NCBI GenBank assembly: GCA_018819285.1
Contig: JAHJQM010000058.1
Coordinates: 1 to 63,806 of the forward strand
DNA length: 63,806 nucleotides
Direction of reading: 5' to 3'
Source: Candidatus Omnitrophota bacterium
GTDB taxonomy: Bacteria; Omnitrophota; Gorgyraeia; Gorgyraeales; Gorgyraeaceae
The notes beneath the pieces are model-generated. The model saw nothing but the letters and a program-made list of their open reading frames with translations. It was not told the DNA's origin and did no database searches. The translations under genes and the position numbers were made by a program. How positions within the stretch are numbered: the stretch's first letter is position 1; every line of letters begins with the position of its first letter. Shown piece after piece: positions 10,361 through 20,498 of the stretch.

Positions 10361-11590
10361 TCAGATTATTACTCCAATTCCTATCAAATCATGATCGCGC
10401 CCTACTGCAAACCTCCCCAGTTCTTCTATAAAAGCAAATTTTTCTATTACAATAGGTTTTTTTGTTTTTAACGCCGCTAACCCGACTTCATTTAACCTTA
10501 ACTCTTTTGCGTTTTCTTCAATTATGTTCAAGGTAGAAGAGTCAATTCTTTTTTCAATGCGCTCTACTATGCAATCAACTTCTTGAGTAGAGCAGCGCAA
10601 GTTAATTGTTTTATTTATTTTTAAAGGTTCTTTGCATAGCCAAAGTATATTTCCTCTAAAGGACACGCTGAGTTTCGGAGAATTTTCTTTTTGTGCAAGT
10701 ATATAGCCTCTTTTTACAGGCAAGGTTTCATTTAAACTTATGCCTATATTTTCTCCAGAACAAGCTTTTATTTTATTATATTTTCCAAAAACATTTAAAG
10801 ATTTTATTGTTACGGTAACGTTAGAAGGTAGAAGAAGAACCTGCTGATTTTTTTTAAGGATGCCGGAAAGCATTTTCCCAGCTATAATCTTTTTATTATT
10901 TATTTTATATATATCCTGCACAGCGAATCTTAAAGATTTTTTTATGCTTTTTGTATTTGATTTAAGTAAACCAAAGGCTTCTAAAAGGCTTGGCCCTTTA
11001 TACCAGGCTATTTTATAACATTTTTTGGAAATATTAACATCTTGTTTGGCTGAAACAGGTATTATGAAAACAGGCTCTATATTAAGATTTTCTAAAAAAG
11101 TTAATAAATCAGATTTCAAGGCATTGAATCTTTCTTTTTTGTAATCTACAAGATCCATTTTATTAAAAATAACTATGACACTATTTATTCCAACCATATT
11201 TAAAACATATAAATGGCGCTTAGTCTGTTCCATAATACCTTCATTAATATCTATTACAAGAAGAGCGATATCTGCCTGTGTAGCGCCTGTAATCATATTT
11301 TTCAACAATTCTACATGCCCAGGAGTATCTATTAGTACAAAGTTATTATTTTTAATTTTTAGGAATATTTGTGTAGTATCTATGGTCTTAGCTTGCTCTC
11401 TTTCTTCTTTTAGCTGGTCAACTATAAAGGCTAATTCAGCTTCCTTGCCAAGTTCTTTAGATAGTTTTTTAATTTCTGTAATTTTTTCTTTAGGCAAGGA
11501 ATCTGTATCTATTAATAATCTTCCAATCAATGTTGATTTTCCATGATCAACATGGCCAACCATTGCTATTTTAATAGTTTCTTTTTGCAT
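10361..11590 (-). CDS. cysN: Sulfate adenylyltransferase subunit 1 (GTPase), no fused APS kinase domain
   Basis: [15 protein letters not shown] (G1), DTPGH (G3) and NKMDL (G4). 409 aa, so only the GTPase/EF-Tu-like part is present. It sits directly downstream of cysD. Confidence 0.85.
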   Translation of the reverse strand: MQKETIKIAMVGHVDHGKSTLIGRLLIDTDSLPKEKITEIKKLSKELGKEAELAFIVDQLKEEREQAKTIDTTQIFLKIKNNNFVLIDTPGHVELLKNMITGATQADIALLVIDINEGIMEQTKRHLYVLNMVGINSVIVIFNKMDLVDYKKERFNALKSDLLTFLENLNIEPVFIIPVSAKQDVNISKKCYKIAWYKGPSLLEAFGLLKSNTKSIKKSLRFAVQDIYKINNKKIIAGKMLSGILKKNQQVLLLPSNVTVTIKSLNVFGKYNKIKACSGENIGISLNETLPVKRGYILAQKENSPKLSVSFRGNILWLCKEPLKINKTINLRCSTQEVDCIVERIEKRIDSSTLNIIEENAKELRLNEVGLAALKTKKPIVIEKFAFIEELGRFAVGRDHDLIGIGVII

Positions 11591-11599
11591 TTTGAATAG

Positions 11600-12400
11600 C
11601 TACATGTACCCTAAGCTTCTTAATTTTTGCATTGTATAAGAATTTTCTTTATCTTGAGCCCTGCCGTTTCGTTCAGCTATTTTTGTTGTCTCTAGCTCTC
11701 TGATTATTTTTGTGGTAGTGTTAGCATTTGAATCAATAGGGACGCAACATGTTTGACAACCTATGCTTCTGTATCTCTTGCAATTCTTGGCAAAATAAAG
11801 ACCCACCATAGGAATTTTCTCTTTTTTAATATATTTCCAGATATCTAATTCTGTCCAATGTAGCATAGGATGAATCCTAATATGTTCTTCATCTTCAATA
11901 GTTGATTTATAAAAGCCCCAAGGTTCTAATGGCTGATCCTGATAATTCCAGGTAAAATCAATAGTTCTGGGAGAAAAATATCGTTCTTTTGCCCTTATGC
12001 CGTGCTCATCTCTCCTGATAGCCAATAATAAGGCTTTGAAGCCATATTCTCTTAAAGTTGTTTTTAACGCTTCTGTTTTTAAAGCGTTGCAGCATTCTAA
12101 TTTGCTTTTTTTAGGATTAATTTTTTCTTTTAATGCGGATTTATTTTTGCTAACAATAAGATCCAGGCCCCATTTTTTAGAATAGATATCTCTAAATTCG
12201 TATATTTCTTTAAATTTAAAAGTTGTGTCAATATGAATGATAGGAAATGGAATTTTGCCAAAAAATGCTTTACGGCTAATCCATAAAAGCGTAGAGGAAT
12301 CTTTGCCGATAGACCAAAGCAGGGTGATATTTCTAAAACTAGCATATGCCTCTCGTAATATATATATTGTTTTATTTTCAAGTTCATCTAAGTAGTTCAT
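11600..12400 (-). CDS. cysD: Sulfate adenylyltransferase subunit 2
   Basis: MNYLDELENKTIYILREAYA...LLWSIGKDSSTLLW (PAPS-reductase-like PP motif). I moved the start from the track's 12553 to the ATG at 12400, because the 51-aa extension has no CysD counterpart. Confidence 0.85.
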   Translation of the reverse strand: MNYLDELENKTIYILREAYASFRNITLLWSIGKDSSTLLWISRKAFFGKIPFPIIHIDTTFKFKEIYEFRDIYSKKWGLDLIVSKNKSALKEKINPKKSKLECCNALKTEALKTTLREYGFKALLLAIRRDEHGIRAKERYFSPRTIDFTWNYQDQPLEPWGFYKSTIEDEEHIRIHPMLHWTELDIWKYIKKEKIPMVGLYFAKNCKRYRSIGCQTCCVPIDSNANTTTKIIRELETTKIAERNGRAQDKENSYTMQKLRSLGYM

Positions 12401-12594
12401 GGTACGTGACTTGTTTCCCTTAAACTGTGTTAAAGTATGCGATAGAATCATAGTAACAGAATAGGGTATATGATGGCAAGAAAAAGATACAAGGTCGAAG
12501 CTAAAATACTTGCGAAGCGCCAGAGGAAAGAATATAATACATTTAAACCGCACAGTTTATTAGGAGGTAGTTTTTTAGAAAGAGGCACAGCAAT

Positions 12595-13392
12595 ATGGAT
12601 GCTATAAATATATTTGAATTATCCAAAGAGTTTATTTCTATAAAGAGCATTTATCAGCTTGTTTTACAGCCTTTCCAAAAGCCAAAACCATCTTTGGCAA
12701 TCAATAATATCAGCTTACAGGTTAAACAAGGCGAGATATTTGCTTTAATCGGACAGAATGGCGCAGGTAAAACTACGCTGATAAAGATATTGTCATGCCT
12801 TATTTTGCCTACTAAAGGAAAGATAGATGTGATGGGTTGTAATATATTAAAAGACGGAGAAAAAATCAAAGCTTCTATTGGTTTAGTAGGCAGTGATGAG
12901 CGTAGTTTTTACTGGAGGTTAACATTAAGGCAGAACCTTTATTTTTTTGCCGCGCTTTATAATCTTTCCGGAGAAAAGGCGAAAAGAAAAATAAAGGAAT
13001 TAAGCTGTCTTTTAGAAATTAATAATTATTTAGACAAACGGTTTCAGGAATGTTCCAGCGGCATAAAACAGCGGCTTTCGATTGCCAGGAGCCTTTTGAG
13101 CGATCCCGGGATTTTATTTATGGATGAGCCGTTTAAAAGCTTAGATCTTCCAAGTGTTAAAAATTTAAAGAATTTTATTAAGAAAATATTAGTAGAAGAA
13201 CAGCATAAAACAATCTTTTTTATTTCCCATAATTTTAATGAAGTAGAAGATTTTGCTGATCGTATTGCGATTATGCATAAAGGTGAAATTCGCGCATGCG
13301 GGACATTAAACGATTTGCGCAATAATATTAGTCTACCTTTAGTTAGTTTAGAAGATATATATAATCTAGTTGTAAATACAAAAGGCAGTTAA
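12595..13392 (+). CDS. ABC transporter ATP-binding protein (ABC-2 exporter type)
   Basis: Walker A GQNGAGKTT, signature SSGIKQRLSIA and Walker B ILFMDEPF. Confidence 0.9.
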   Translation: MDAINIFELSKEFISIKSIYQLVLQPFQKPKPSLAINNISLQVKQGEIFALIGQNGAGKTTLIKILSCLILPTKGKIDVMGCNILKDGEKIKASIGLVGSDERSFYWRLTLRQNLYFFAALYNLSGEKAKRKIKELSCLLEINNYLDKRFQECSSGIKQRLSIARSLLSDPGILFMDEPFKSLDLPSVKNLKNFIKKILVEEQHKTIFFISHNFNEVEDFADRIAIMHKGEIRACGTLNDLRNNISLPLVSLEDIYNLVVNTKGS

Positions 13393-13393
13393 G

Positions 13394-14206
13394 ATGAACG
13401 CATTGCGAAAGATGCTTGCTTTTATAAAAAAAGATTTTTATATTCACATAAGTTATAGGATTGCTTTTTTATTTGAGTGGATAAGCATATTGACTAAAGT
13501 AACGACTTTTTATTTTATTTCAAAGTTAGTTGGCCAAGGAATGCTGCCTTATCTTAATGAATATCAAACAGGATATTTTTCTTTTGTTCTTGTAGGCATA
13601 GCTTTTTCAGGATATTTTAATACAGCCTTACAGAGTTTTTCTTCCAATATAAGAGAAGAACAGCTTCTTGGAACATTAGAGGCAATGCTGGCTACTCCTA
13701 CCAAGATTCCGCTTATTATCATAGGTATTTCCATTTGGGATTTTTTGTTTACAACTATAACTAGCATTATCTGCCTATTATTTGGAGCAATGTTCTTTAG
13801 GGCAGATTTAAGTCAGATGAATTTGTTGGCAAGCTTATTAATTTTAGCCATGACTATTATTTCTTTTAGCAGTATTGGGATAATATCTGCTGCATTTATA
13901 ATGGTGGTGAAAAAAGGTAATCCTATAAATTGGATGATCAGCACGTTCTCAGGGCTGTTTGGAGGAGTTTTTTTTCCAATAGAAATGTTTCCAAAAAAAC
14001 TGCAGTTTATATCTTATCTATTGCCAATTACTCATTCTCTAAAAGGGTTAAGGCATGCTATTTTGCAAGGTTATAGTTTTAAAATGCTTATGCCTGATAT
14101 AATGGCGCTCTTATTTTTCTGCATAATTTTATTTCCATTAAGCATATGGATATTTAAAAAAGCTGTGAATAAGGCAAAACTAACAGGCAGCCTTGCGCAT
14201 TATTAA
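13394..14206 (+). CDS. ABC-2 type transporter permease
   Basis: 270 aa with about 6 TM helices. It starts 1 nt after the ATPase stop. Typical Wzm/TagG-like partner. Confidence 0.8.
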   Translation: MNALRKMLAFIKKDFYIHISYRIAFLFEWISILTKVTTFYFISKLVGQGMLPYLNEYQTGYFSFVLVGIAFSGYFNTALQSFSSNIREEQLLGTLEAMLATPTKIPLIIIGISIWDFLFTTITSIICLLFGAMFFRADLSQMNLLASLLILAMTIISFSSIGIISAAFIMVVKKGNPINWMISTFSGLFGGVFFPIEMFPKKLQFISYLLPITHSLKGLRHAILQGYSFKMLMPDIMALLFFCIILFPLSIWIFKKAVNKAKLTGSLAHY

Positions 14207-14257
14207 ATATTTTAAATTTTTCCGCGGTTATCTGGCTCATTATTGTAAAGTTAAAAA

Positions 14258-14287
14258 TTGACAGTATTGTCTAATAACGATTAAAAT
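14258..14287 (+). promoter_or_regulatory. Sigma70-type promoter candidate; geometry predicts a leaderless nitroreductase mRNA
   Basis: TTGACA at 14258-14263, an 18-nt spacer, then TAAAAT at 14282-14287. The ATG at 14294 lies 6 nt after the -10 and has no SD. Confidence 0.4.
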
Positions 14288-14293
14288 ATTGAT

Positions 14294-14866
14294 ATGGGTA
14301 GCATGATAGATATTATAAAATCGCGTAGGAGCATTAGAAAATACCTGGATAAACCCATATCAGAAGAAATTGTAGATAGGCTTATTGAAGCGGCTAAATG
14401 GGCGCCGAGCGGCATGAATGAACAGCCCTGGGGGTTTATTGTTGTGCAGGATAAATTGCTCATAAAAGAACTTTCCGACCGCTCTATCCCCTATATCAGT
14501 AAAGCGATAGAAGAAAACCCGAAGTTTATCCGCTATAAAAAACGCATGGCTGTAAAAGATTTCAGCATATTTTATCACGCCCCGTGTGTTATAATAATCC
14601 TTGGAAGGCGAGACGCTTTTTCATATCAAAATGACTGCGCAATGGCAGCTGAAAATTTAATGCTTACAGCCTGGTCAATGGGTATAGGAAGCTGCTGGGT
14701 AGGCATGATGAGTTTTTTGGATAAAGACGAATGGTTCAGGAAAAAATTTGAAGTACCTGATAATTACGCTATTGTAGCGCCTATCGCCCTTGGTTATTTT
14801 AAAAATAAAAACATACCTGTTATTGAAAGAAGGATCCCCGAAGTCCTTAAAATCTTTAGAGGTTAG
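14294..14866 (+). CDS. Nitroreductase family protein
   Basis: IIKSRRSIRKY N-terminal motif and APSGMNEQPW, typical of the NfsB/NOX-like nitroreductase fold. Confidence 0.85.
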   Translation: MGSMIDIIKSRRSIRKYLDKPISEEIVDRLIEAAKWAPSGMNEQPWGFIVVQDKLLIKELSDRSIPYISKAIEENPKFIRYKKRMAVKDFSIFYHAPCVIIILGRRDAFSYQNDCAMAAENLMLTAWSMGIGSCWVGMMSFLDKDEWFRKKFEVPDNYAIVAPIALGYFKNKNIPVIERRIPEVLKIFRG

Positions 14867-15262
14867 ATGGAACATACAGAGATAAAATATATAGATGGTA
14901 AAAGGTTTAGCGCCGAGAATAGAACGCATATTATTATAATAGACCAGCCAAAAGAAGGAGGCGGCGAAGACAAGGGCCCTACCCCGCCTGAGATATTTGT
15001 AGATGCGCTTGGCTCTTGTATAGGCGTATATGTTTTAGGGTTTTGTAAGAATACAGGGCTTAATCCTAATGGCATGAAAATAACTTTAGACTGGGAGAAG
15101 GCGATTGATAAGCCGGTCAGGATTCAGAAGATAAGCGCAAAAATAGAATTACCAAATGCTAATCCGGGGCCGCGAAAAGCAGCGCTTTTAAAAGTTGCGG
15201 AATCTTGCTTGATTCACGAAACAATAAAGCGCCAGCCCGAGATAAGCATAGAGTTAGCATAG
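14867..15262 (+). CDS. OsmC/Ohr family protein
   Basis: GPTPPEIFVDALGSCIGV and AESCLIHETI, the two conserved Cys regions of the OsmC family. The ATG directly abuts the upstream stop. Confidence 0.8.
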   Translation: MEHTEIKYIDGKRFSAENRTHIIIIDQPKEGGGEDKGPTPPEIFVDALGSCIGVYVLGFCKNTGLNPNGMKITLDWEKAIDKPVRIQKISAKIELPNANPGPRKAALLKVAESCLIHETIKRQPEISIELA

Positions 15263-15301
15263 CTAAGTTGACAAACTAACAATGTTAGAGTGTCAACTTA
15301 G
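15263..15301. repeat. Intercistronic palindromic element, copy 1 (imperfect)
   Basis: CTAAGTTGACAAACTAACAATGTTAGAGTGTCAACTTAG begins right after the OsmC TAG. The trpB2 RBS and ATG follow within 19 nt. Confidence 0.9.
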
Positions 15302-15319
15302 TTGAGAAGGGAAGAGTAA

Positions 15320-16675
15320 ATGGATAATTTTAAAATAACGCTTGATGAGAGAAGCATTCCCAGGGCATGGTATAATATTCAAGCGGATTTGCCAAATCCT
15401 TTGCCTCCTCCTATAAATCCAGGGACTCATAAGCCGTTATCGCCAGACGAGCTAGCACCTATATTTCCAAAAGAACTTATAAAGCAGGAGATGTCGCAGG
15501 ACAGGTGGATAGAGATCCCTGACGAGATTATTAGGGTTCTGAGACTATGGAGACCTACGCCTTTACGCAGGGCGTATAATCTCGAGAAAGAACTTAAAAC
15601 GCCTGCCAGGATCTATTATAAAGACGAAAGCGTTAATGGCCCGGGAAGCCATAAGCCAAATACAGCAATTGCTCAGGCGTATTTTAATAAAAAAGAAGGC
15701 GTGAAACGTATAGCTACGGAAACAGGTGCAGGCCAATGGGGAAGCGCCCTTTCATTTGCGTGTAAAATCCTAGGGTTGAAATGCACTGTTTACATGGTAA
15801 GATGCAGCTATGAACAAAAGCCGTTCAGAAAATCTCTTATGCATGTATGGGGCGCAGAGGTTTTTCCGTCCCCTACAAATAGGACAAAATCAGGCAGGGC
15901 AATTTTAAAGAAGATGCCGCATACTCCAGGTAGCCTTGGCATTGCGATATCAGAAGCAGTGGAGGATGCAGCTACGCATAGCGATACGAAATATTCTCTA
16001 GGGAGCGTTCTTAATCATGTAATGCTTCACCAGACAGTTATAGGGCTTGAAGCAAAGGAACAGTTAAAATTGGCAGGGGAGATTCCAGATATCATGATAG
16101 GATGTGTCGGAGGAGGTAGTAATTTTGCAGGCCTTACATTCCCATTTATGAAAGATAAGATAGACGGCCAGGATATCAGGTTTATAGCTTGCGAACCAGC
16201 AGCGTGCCCTACTCTTACAAAAGGGCCTTACAGATATGACTTTGGCGATACTGCTCAGATGACACCTTTATTGAAAATGTATACATTGGGCCATGATTTT
16301 GTACCTGAGGGGATACACGCAGGCGGTCTGAGATACCATGGAATGGCGCCTTTAGTATCAATGTTATTTAAAGAAAAACTGATTGAAGCAAAGGCATATC
16401 ACCAGACAGGTGTTTTTAAAGCAGCTCTTTTGTTCGCAGGCGCTGAGGGGATTTTACCTGCTCCTGAAACAAGCCACGCTATTAAGGCAGTAATAGATGA
16501 GGCATTGATATGCAAGAAGGAAAATAAAGAAAAATGCATAGTCTTTAACTTCTCAGGTCACGGGAATTTTGACCTGGCTGCTTATGATGCCTATATGGGC
16601 GGCAAGCTTAAGGATTACGAACATCCCGATAAAGCCATTAAGAAAGCTATAAAATGTCTTCCAAAGATTGAATAG
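15320..16675 (+). CDS. trpB: TrpB2-type tryptophan synthase beta-like PLP enzyme (stand-alone)
   Basis: 451 aa, the long TrpB2 size class. [11 protein letters not shown]-lysine motif and GGGSNFAG. No trpA nearby. Confidence 0.85.
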   Translation: MDNFKITLDERSIPRAWYNIQADLPNPLPPPINPGTHKPLSPDELAPIFPKELIKQEMSQDRWIEIPDEIIRVLRLWRPTPLRRAYNLEKELKTPARIYYKDESVNGPGSHKPNTAIAQAYFNKKEGVKRIATETGAGQWGSALSFACKILGLKCTVYMVRCSYEQKPFRKSLMHVWGAEVFPSPTNRTKSGRAILKKMPHTPGSLGIAISEAVEDAATHSDTKYSLGSVLNHVMLHQTVIGLEAKEQLKLAGEIPDIMIGCVGGGSNFAGLTFPFMKDKIDGQDIRFIACEPAACPTLTKGPYRYDFGDTAQMTPLLKMYTLGHDFVPEGIHAGGLRYHGMAPLVSMLFKEKLIEAKAYHQTGVFKAALLFAGAEGILPAPETSHAIKAVIDEALICKKENKEKCIVFNFSGHGNFDLAAYDAYMGGKLKDYEHPDKAIKKAIKCLPKIE

Positions 16676-16697
16676 GAATATCCCATAATGTATAACT

Positions 16698-17312
16698 ATG
16701 ACTTCAAATAGATATGACGCTATATTTTGCGATCTTGGCAATGTCCTTATAAATTTTGACCACAGGATTGCGGTTAAAAAAATCCTGCGCTTGACTCCGA
16801 AAAATGAGCAAGATATCTACCAGCTTTTCTTTGATTCAAGCCTTACAAAAGATTATGAAGAAGGGAAGATTTCATCAATGGAATTTTTCAAAAAAGTGAA
16901 GGATTCACTGGAACTGGAGATTGATTATAACAAGTTTCTGCCTATATGGAATGATATATTTTTTGAGGCGCCACTCAATAAAAAGATGCAAAATTTTCTA
17001 AAGATAGTCAAAGGAAAATACAAGCTTGTAATGATATCGAATATAAATGAAACGCATTATGAATTTCTTAAAAAGAAGATGTCTATATTTGGGGAGTTTA
17101 ATAAGCTTATACTTTCCTATGAAATAGGTTTTAGGAAGCCGGCGCGGGAGATTTACAACGCAGCGCTTGAATCAGTGAATACAGCGCCTTCAAAAGCCTT
17201 TTACGTGGATGACAGAGCTGATTTAATTGAAGCAGCTCTGGGTTTTGGGATAAAAGGCATAACCTTTGACGGCAAAGAGACTTTTAAAAAAATAGCAACA
17301 GAACTCCTATGA
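16698..17312 (+). CDS. HAD-IA family hydrolase (YihX-like DLGNV motif I)
   Basis: IFCDLGNVLINFD motif I, MISNINE motif II region and YVDDRADLIEAA motif III/IV. Confidence 0.75.
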   Translation: MTSNRYDAIFCDLGNVLINFDHRIAVKKILRLTPKNEQDIYQLFFDSSLTKDYEEGKISSMEFFKKVKDSLELEIDYNKFLPIWNDIFFEAPLNKKMQNFLKIVKGKYKLVMISNINETHYEFLKKKMSIFGEFNKLILSYEIGFRKPAREIYNAALESVNTAPSKAFYVDDRADLIEAALGFGIKGITFDGKETFKKIATELL

Positions 17313-17797
17313 AATATTTGATTATTGATGGTTATAATGCAATAAATAAAATCAAAGAATTTGACGCTAAAAAAGATATTAGCTTGGAGGCCTCGCGCTT
17401 GTCATTTATTAAAGCGTTGACGGATTTCAGACAAAGGAATCGCAAATTTAACAAGATAGTGGTTATTTTTGACGGTAAGGGCGATAGCCTTGGGTTGTCT
17501 GGAGAGACGTACGGAGATATAGAGGTTTTATTCTCAAACAAAGATAAAGACGCTGATAGGGTAATAGTTGATATACTTAAAATATCCTCGAAGGATAATA
17601 TAACAGTCTCTTCAGACGACAACTTTATAAAAAATCACACCAGGGCGTTTAGCTGCAATATAATAAGCATAAAAGAATTGGAGGATTTAATTGTCTTGAA
17701 GAAAAAATCGAAAGGCGTTAAAATAAAAGAAGATATTCAAGCAAAAGAGATGGATAAAATAACAGAAGAACTTAAAAGGCATTGGGGAGTTGAATGA
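17309..17797 (+). CDS. NYN/PIN-like domain protein (YacP/Rae1-like ribonuclease candidate)
   Basis: The LIIDGYNAINK N-terminus and FDGKGD...DADRVIVD pattern are typical of the YacP NYN family. ATGA overlap with the upstream gene. Confidence 0.65.
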   Translation: MKYLIIDGYNAINKIKEFDAKKDISLEASRLSFIKALTDFRQRNRKFNKIVVIFDGKGDSLGLSGETYGDIEVLFSNKDKDADRVIVDILKISSKDNITVSSDDNFIKNHTRAFSCNIISIKELEDLIVLKKKSKGVKIKEDIQAKEMDKITEELKRHWGVE

Positions 17798-17798
17798 C

Positions 17799-18563
17799 AT
17801 GGAAGAAAGAAATGAATTGAAGCCTGTTCATATAGAGGCATTTGATTTGGATGATGCGTGGTTCAGGTGCCTTTCAAAGATTTTAGAATGTGGTCACATA
17901 TATACAATCACAAGAGGCAGTTATCAAGGCCAGAAAAGGCTTGAATTTGATTTTGTTACTATCAGGATAAAAAATCCCAGCCATCAGATAATACCTATAA
18001 TACCGGAAGGTTCAAGTATCCCCGCTCCTACAAGCCTGGAATATATAAACGGTTATCTTTCTTATTTATTGACAGGCCAGAAAACAAATACAGAGGACTA
18101 TACCTATGGCGAAAGAATGGTGGATGCAAAGGTTAGGCTGAAGGAAACAGTCGAAGGCAAGGAAATGGTGCGAGAGATGCCTTTAGAGGTTAACCAGGTT
18201 GAAGAAGTTATAAAGATGTATAAAACTCAGGGCCATGGCACTAATCAGGCAACAATAGAAATAGGCATGCCTTCTGATATAAAGCTGAATGATCCGCCAT
18301 GTCTAAGGCTTATAGATACTAGGATTCGTTATGGGAAGCTACATTTTTTTCCGTATTTCAGGTCATGGGATTTATGGGGAGGCTTTCCTTCAAATTTAGG
18401 CGGTCTGGAGCTTGTAAAGCAATATATGGCAGAGGAAATCGGAGTCGGAAACGGTGAGATTATAGCTAGCAGCAAGGGGCTTCATCTTTACGAGTACTCT
18501 TGGGATTTTGCAAAACAGAGAACAGGCAATTTAAGACCTGGTCTTGAACACGATAAATCGTGA
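17799..18563 (+). CDS. thyA: Thymidylate synthase superfamily protein (divergent, archaeal-like ThyA)
   Basis: PPCLRLIDTRIRYGKLHFFPYFRSWDLWGGFPSNLGGLELV aligns by eye to the ThyA PPCH...GKL...RS.D...G.P.N block with the catalytic Cys. I prefer the ATG at 17799, preceded by GGGGAG, over the track's TTG at 17790. Confidence 0.65.
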   Translation: MEERNELKPVHIEAFDLDDAWFRCLSKILECGHIYTITRGSYQGQKRLEFDFVTIRIKNPSHQIIPIIPEGSSIPAPTSLEYINGYLSYLLTGQKTNTEDYTYGERMVDAKVRLKETVEGKEMVREMPLEVNQVEEVIKMYKTQGHGTNQATIEIGMPSDIKLNDPPCLRLIDTRIRYGKLHFFPYFRSWDLWGGFPSNLGGLELVKQYMAEEIGVGNGEIIASSKGLHLYEYSWDFAKQRTGNLRPGLEHDKS

Positions 18564-18586
18564 CCAAAACCTGGTCTTGATATATT

Positions 18587-19303
18587 ATGCACCCTATAAT
18601 AGCTAAAATAGGACCTTTTACAATTTATAGCTATGGCATGATGGTCGCCATAGCTTTTTTATTAGGGGTATTTATCGCTAAACATGAGGCCATAAGAAAA
18701 GATATAAAGCCGGACCTTATGTATGACTTTAGTTTCTATCTTATTGTCGGCTCGATAATAGGCGCAAGGATTTATTATATCTTCTTTTTCGATCTCAAAG
18801 GGTTCTTAAACGACCCTGTATCTATATTTAAGGTGTGGCAGGGCGGGCTTTCAATACATGGCGGCATATTAGGTGGAGTAATAACAGGCCTTATATTTTC
18901 AAAGATTAGAAAAATATCTTTTTGGAAACTAGCTGATCTTATATCTCCTTCTATAATCCTGGGCCAGGCAGTAGGCCGGATAGGCTGTTTTTTAAACGGC
19001 TGTTGTTTCGGCATGCCGATGGAACCATTTTGTGGCATGAAAAATCATCCTACCCAGATTTATGAGCTTGTTTTAGATTTTATTGGGTTTTTGCTATTAT
19101 GGAATTTAAGGAAAAAGGTAAATTTTATTGGAGGATTATTTTTATTATATCTTATGATGTATAGCGTCATAAGGGTTATTGTTTCCAAGTTCAGGGCAGA
19201 CAATCTCTATCTATGGAATACAAACTTAACATTGGCGGATTTTACCAGCGTAACAATTTTCATAATAGCGTTGGTCTTATTTGTCAGAAAAAGACATGTT
19301 TAA
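18587..19303 (+). CDS. lgt: Prolipoprotein diacylglyceryl transferase
   Basis: GGLSIHGGILGG and GRIGCFLNGCCFG signature motifs. Polytopic membrane protein. Confidence 0.9.
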   Translation: MHPIIAKIGPFTIYSYGMMVAIAFLLGVFIAKHEAIRKDIKPDLMYDFSFYLIVGSIIGARIYYIFFFDLKGFLNDPVSIFKVWQGGLSIHGGILGGVITGLIFSKIRKISFWKLADLISPSIILGQAVGRIGCFLNGCCFGMPMEPFCGMKNHPTQIYELVLDFIGFLLLWNLRKKVNFIGGLFLLYLMMYSVIRVIVSKFRADNLYLWNTNLTLADFTSVTIFIIALVLFVRKRHV

Positions 19304-19478
19304 AAAGATAATTTTCAATATAGTAATAGTAATAATTTTAACGATGGTAGGCATTGCTATTATAAAAGCCAATAAACCAAAACATAACGCACTAAAAGCC
19401 AACCTGCATAATATAGAAACACCAAACTCAAATTTAAATCCAAAAGAGGCAAAATATTACAGGGTTATAGGAGAATGA
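19296..19478 (+). CDS. Small single-TM protein with C-terminal KEAKYYR motif (peptide 1 of pair)
   Basis: MFKKIIFNIVIVIILTMVGIAIIKANKPKHNALKANLHNIETPNSNLNPKEAKYYRVIGE. The ATG overlaps the lgt end, and the stop overlaps the amrS ATG (ATGA). The track starts it at TTG 19281. Confidence 0.55.
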   Translation: MFKKIIFNIVIVIILTMVGIAIIKANKPKHNALKANLHNIETPNSNLNPKEAKYYRVIGE

Positions 19479-20449
19479 AAAAGGTCAAATGTTTATTATG
19501 CCCCAGGGGCTGTGAATTAAAAGAGTTCGAGAGGGGCAATTGCAGATCCAGAATGAATATAGGCGGAAAGCTTCAGGCGCTTGCCTATGGGAAACCATGC
19601 GCAGTGCACGTGGATCCGATAGAGAAAAAACCTTTTTATCATTTTCTGCCAGGGACGTTATCTTTTTCATTGGCAACTGCTGGTTGCAATTTGCATTGTT
19701 TATATTGCCAGAACTGGGAGATATCGCAGTCTAACCCGGAAGATACTGTAAATGTGGACATGTCTCCAGAACAGGTTGTCCATGGAGCGATAGACAGTAA
19801 ATGCAGAACCATTGCCTGCACTTACTCAGAGCCTGTTATATTTTTTGAATATGCAGCTGATATAGCTAACATTGCGCATGAAAATAATATCCTGAATGTC
19901 TGGGTAACAGCGGGGTATATCAACCAGAAACCTTTAGAAGAGGCATGCAGTTTTCTAGATGCTATTAAGGTGGATTTTAAAGGCATAACAGAAGATTTTT
20001 ATCAGAATGTTACAAGGGCGAGTATCGGGCCTGTAATGAATGCGATAAAACTCATAAAGGAAAAAGGCGTGTGGCTGGAAATAGTGAATTTAATAGTGCC
20101 CACATACAATGATACTAAAGATGATTTTTCAAAACTCTGCGATTGGATAGTGGAAAACGTTGGACCTGATGTGCCAGTACATTTTTCAAAATTCTGGCCT
20201 ATATACCAGTTAAAAAATCTTCCACCTACGCCTGAAGAATCTCTGATTTTAGCTAGGAATATTGCCATATCTAAAGGCATAAACTATGCTTATATAGGAA
20301 ATATTCCAGAGCATGTCGGCAATAATACTTATTGTCCGGTTTGCAAGAAGCTGATTGTCGAAAGGCTTGGCTATACAGTTACGCAAAATAATATAACAGG
20401 CGGCAAATGTAAATTCTGCAGCAACAAAATCCCGGGTCGCTGGGACTAA
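19475..20449 (+). CDS. amrS: AmmeMemoRadiSam system radical SAM enzyme
   Basis: CNLHCLYCQNWEIS (CX3CX2C) and the N-terminal VKCLLCPRGCELKEFERGNCRSR motif typical of AmrS. Memo/AMMECR1 genes lie downstream. Confidence 0.85.
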   Translation: MKKVKCLLCPRGCELKEFERGNCRSRMNIGGKLQALAYGKPCAVHVDPIEKKPFYHFLPGTLSFSLATAGCNLHCLYCQNWEISQSNPEDTVNVDMSPEQVVHGAIDSKCRTIACTYSEPVIFFEYAADIANIAHENNILNVWVTAGYINQKPLEEACSFLDAIKVDFKGITEDFYQNVTRASIGPVMNAIKLIKEKGVWLEIVNLIVPTYNDTKDDFSKLCDWIVENVGPDVPVHFSKFWPIYQLKNLPPTPEESLILARNIAISKGINYAYIGNIPEHVGNNTYCPVCKKLIVERLGYTVTQNNITGGKCKFCSNKIPGRWD

Positions 20450-20488
20450 CTAAGTTGACACTCTGACATTGTCAGAGTGTCAACTTAG
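20450..20488. repeat. Intercistronic palindromic element, copy 2 (perfect)
   Basis: CTAAGTTGACACTCTGACATTGTCAGAGTGTCAACTTAG starts the base after the amrS TAA. Its 3' end runs into the AGAGGGGG RBS. Confidence 0.9.
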
Positions 20489-20498
20489 AGGGGGCATT

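Noticed and set aside
12401-12553. 51-codon N-terminal extension of cysD in the ORF track.
   Set aside because: The extension (MRFKCIIFFPLALRK...) has no CysD counterpart, and homology begins at MNYLDELE (ATG 12400). The same logic applies to the extensions of pyrF (34509), atpK (39066), atpB (42140), pyrC (30127) and pyrR (28602).
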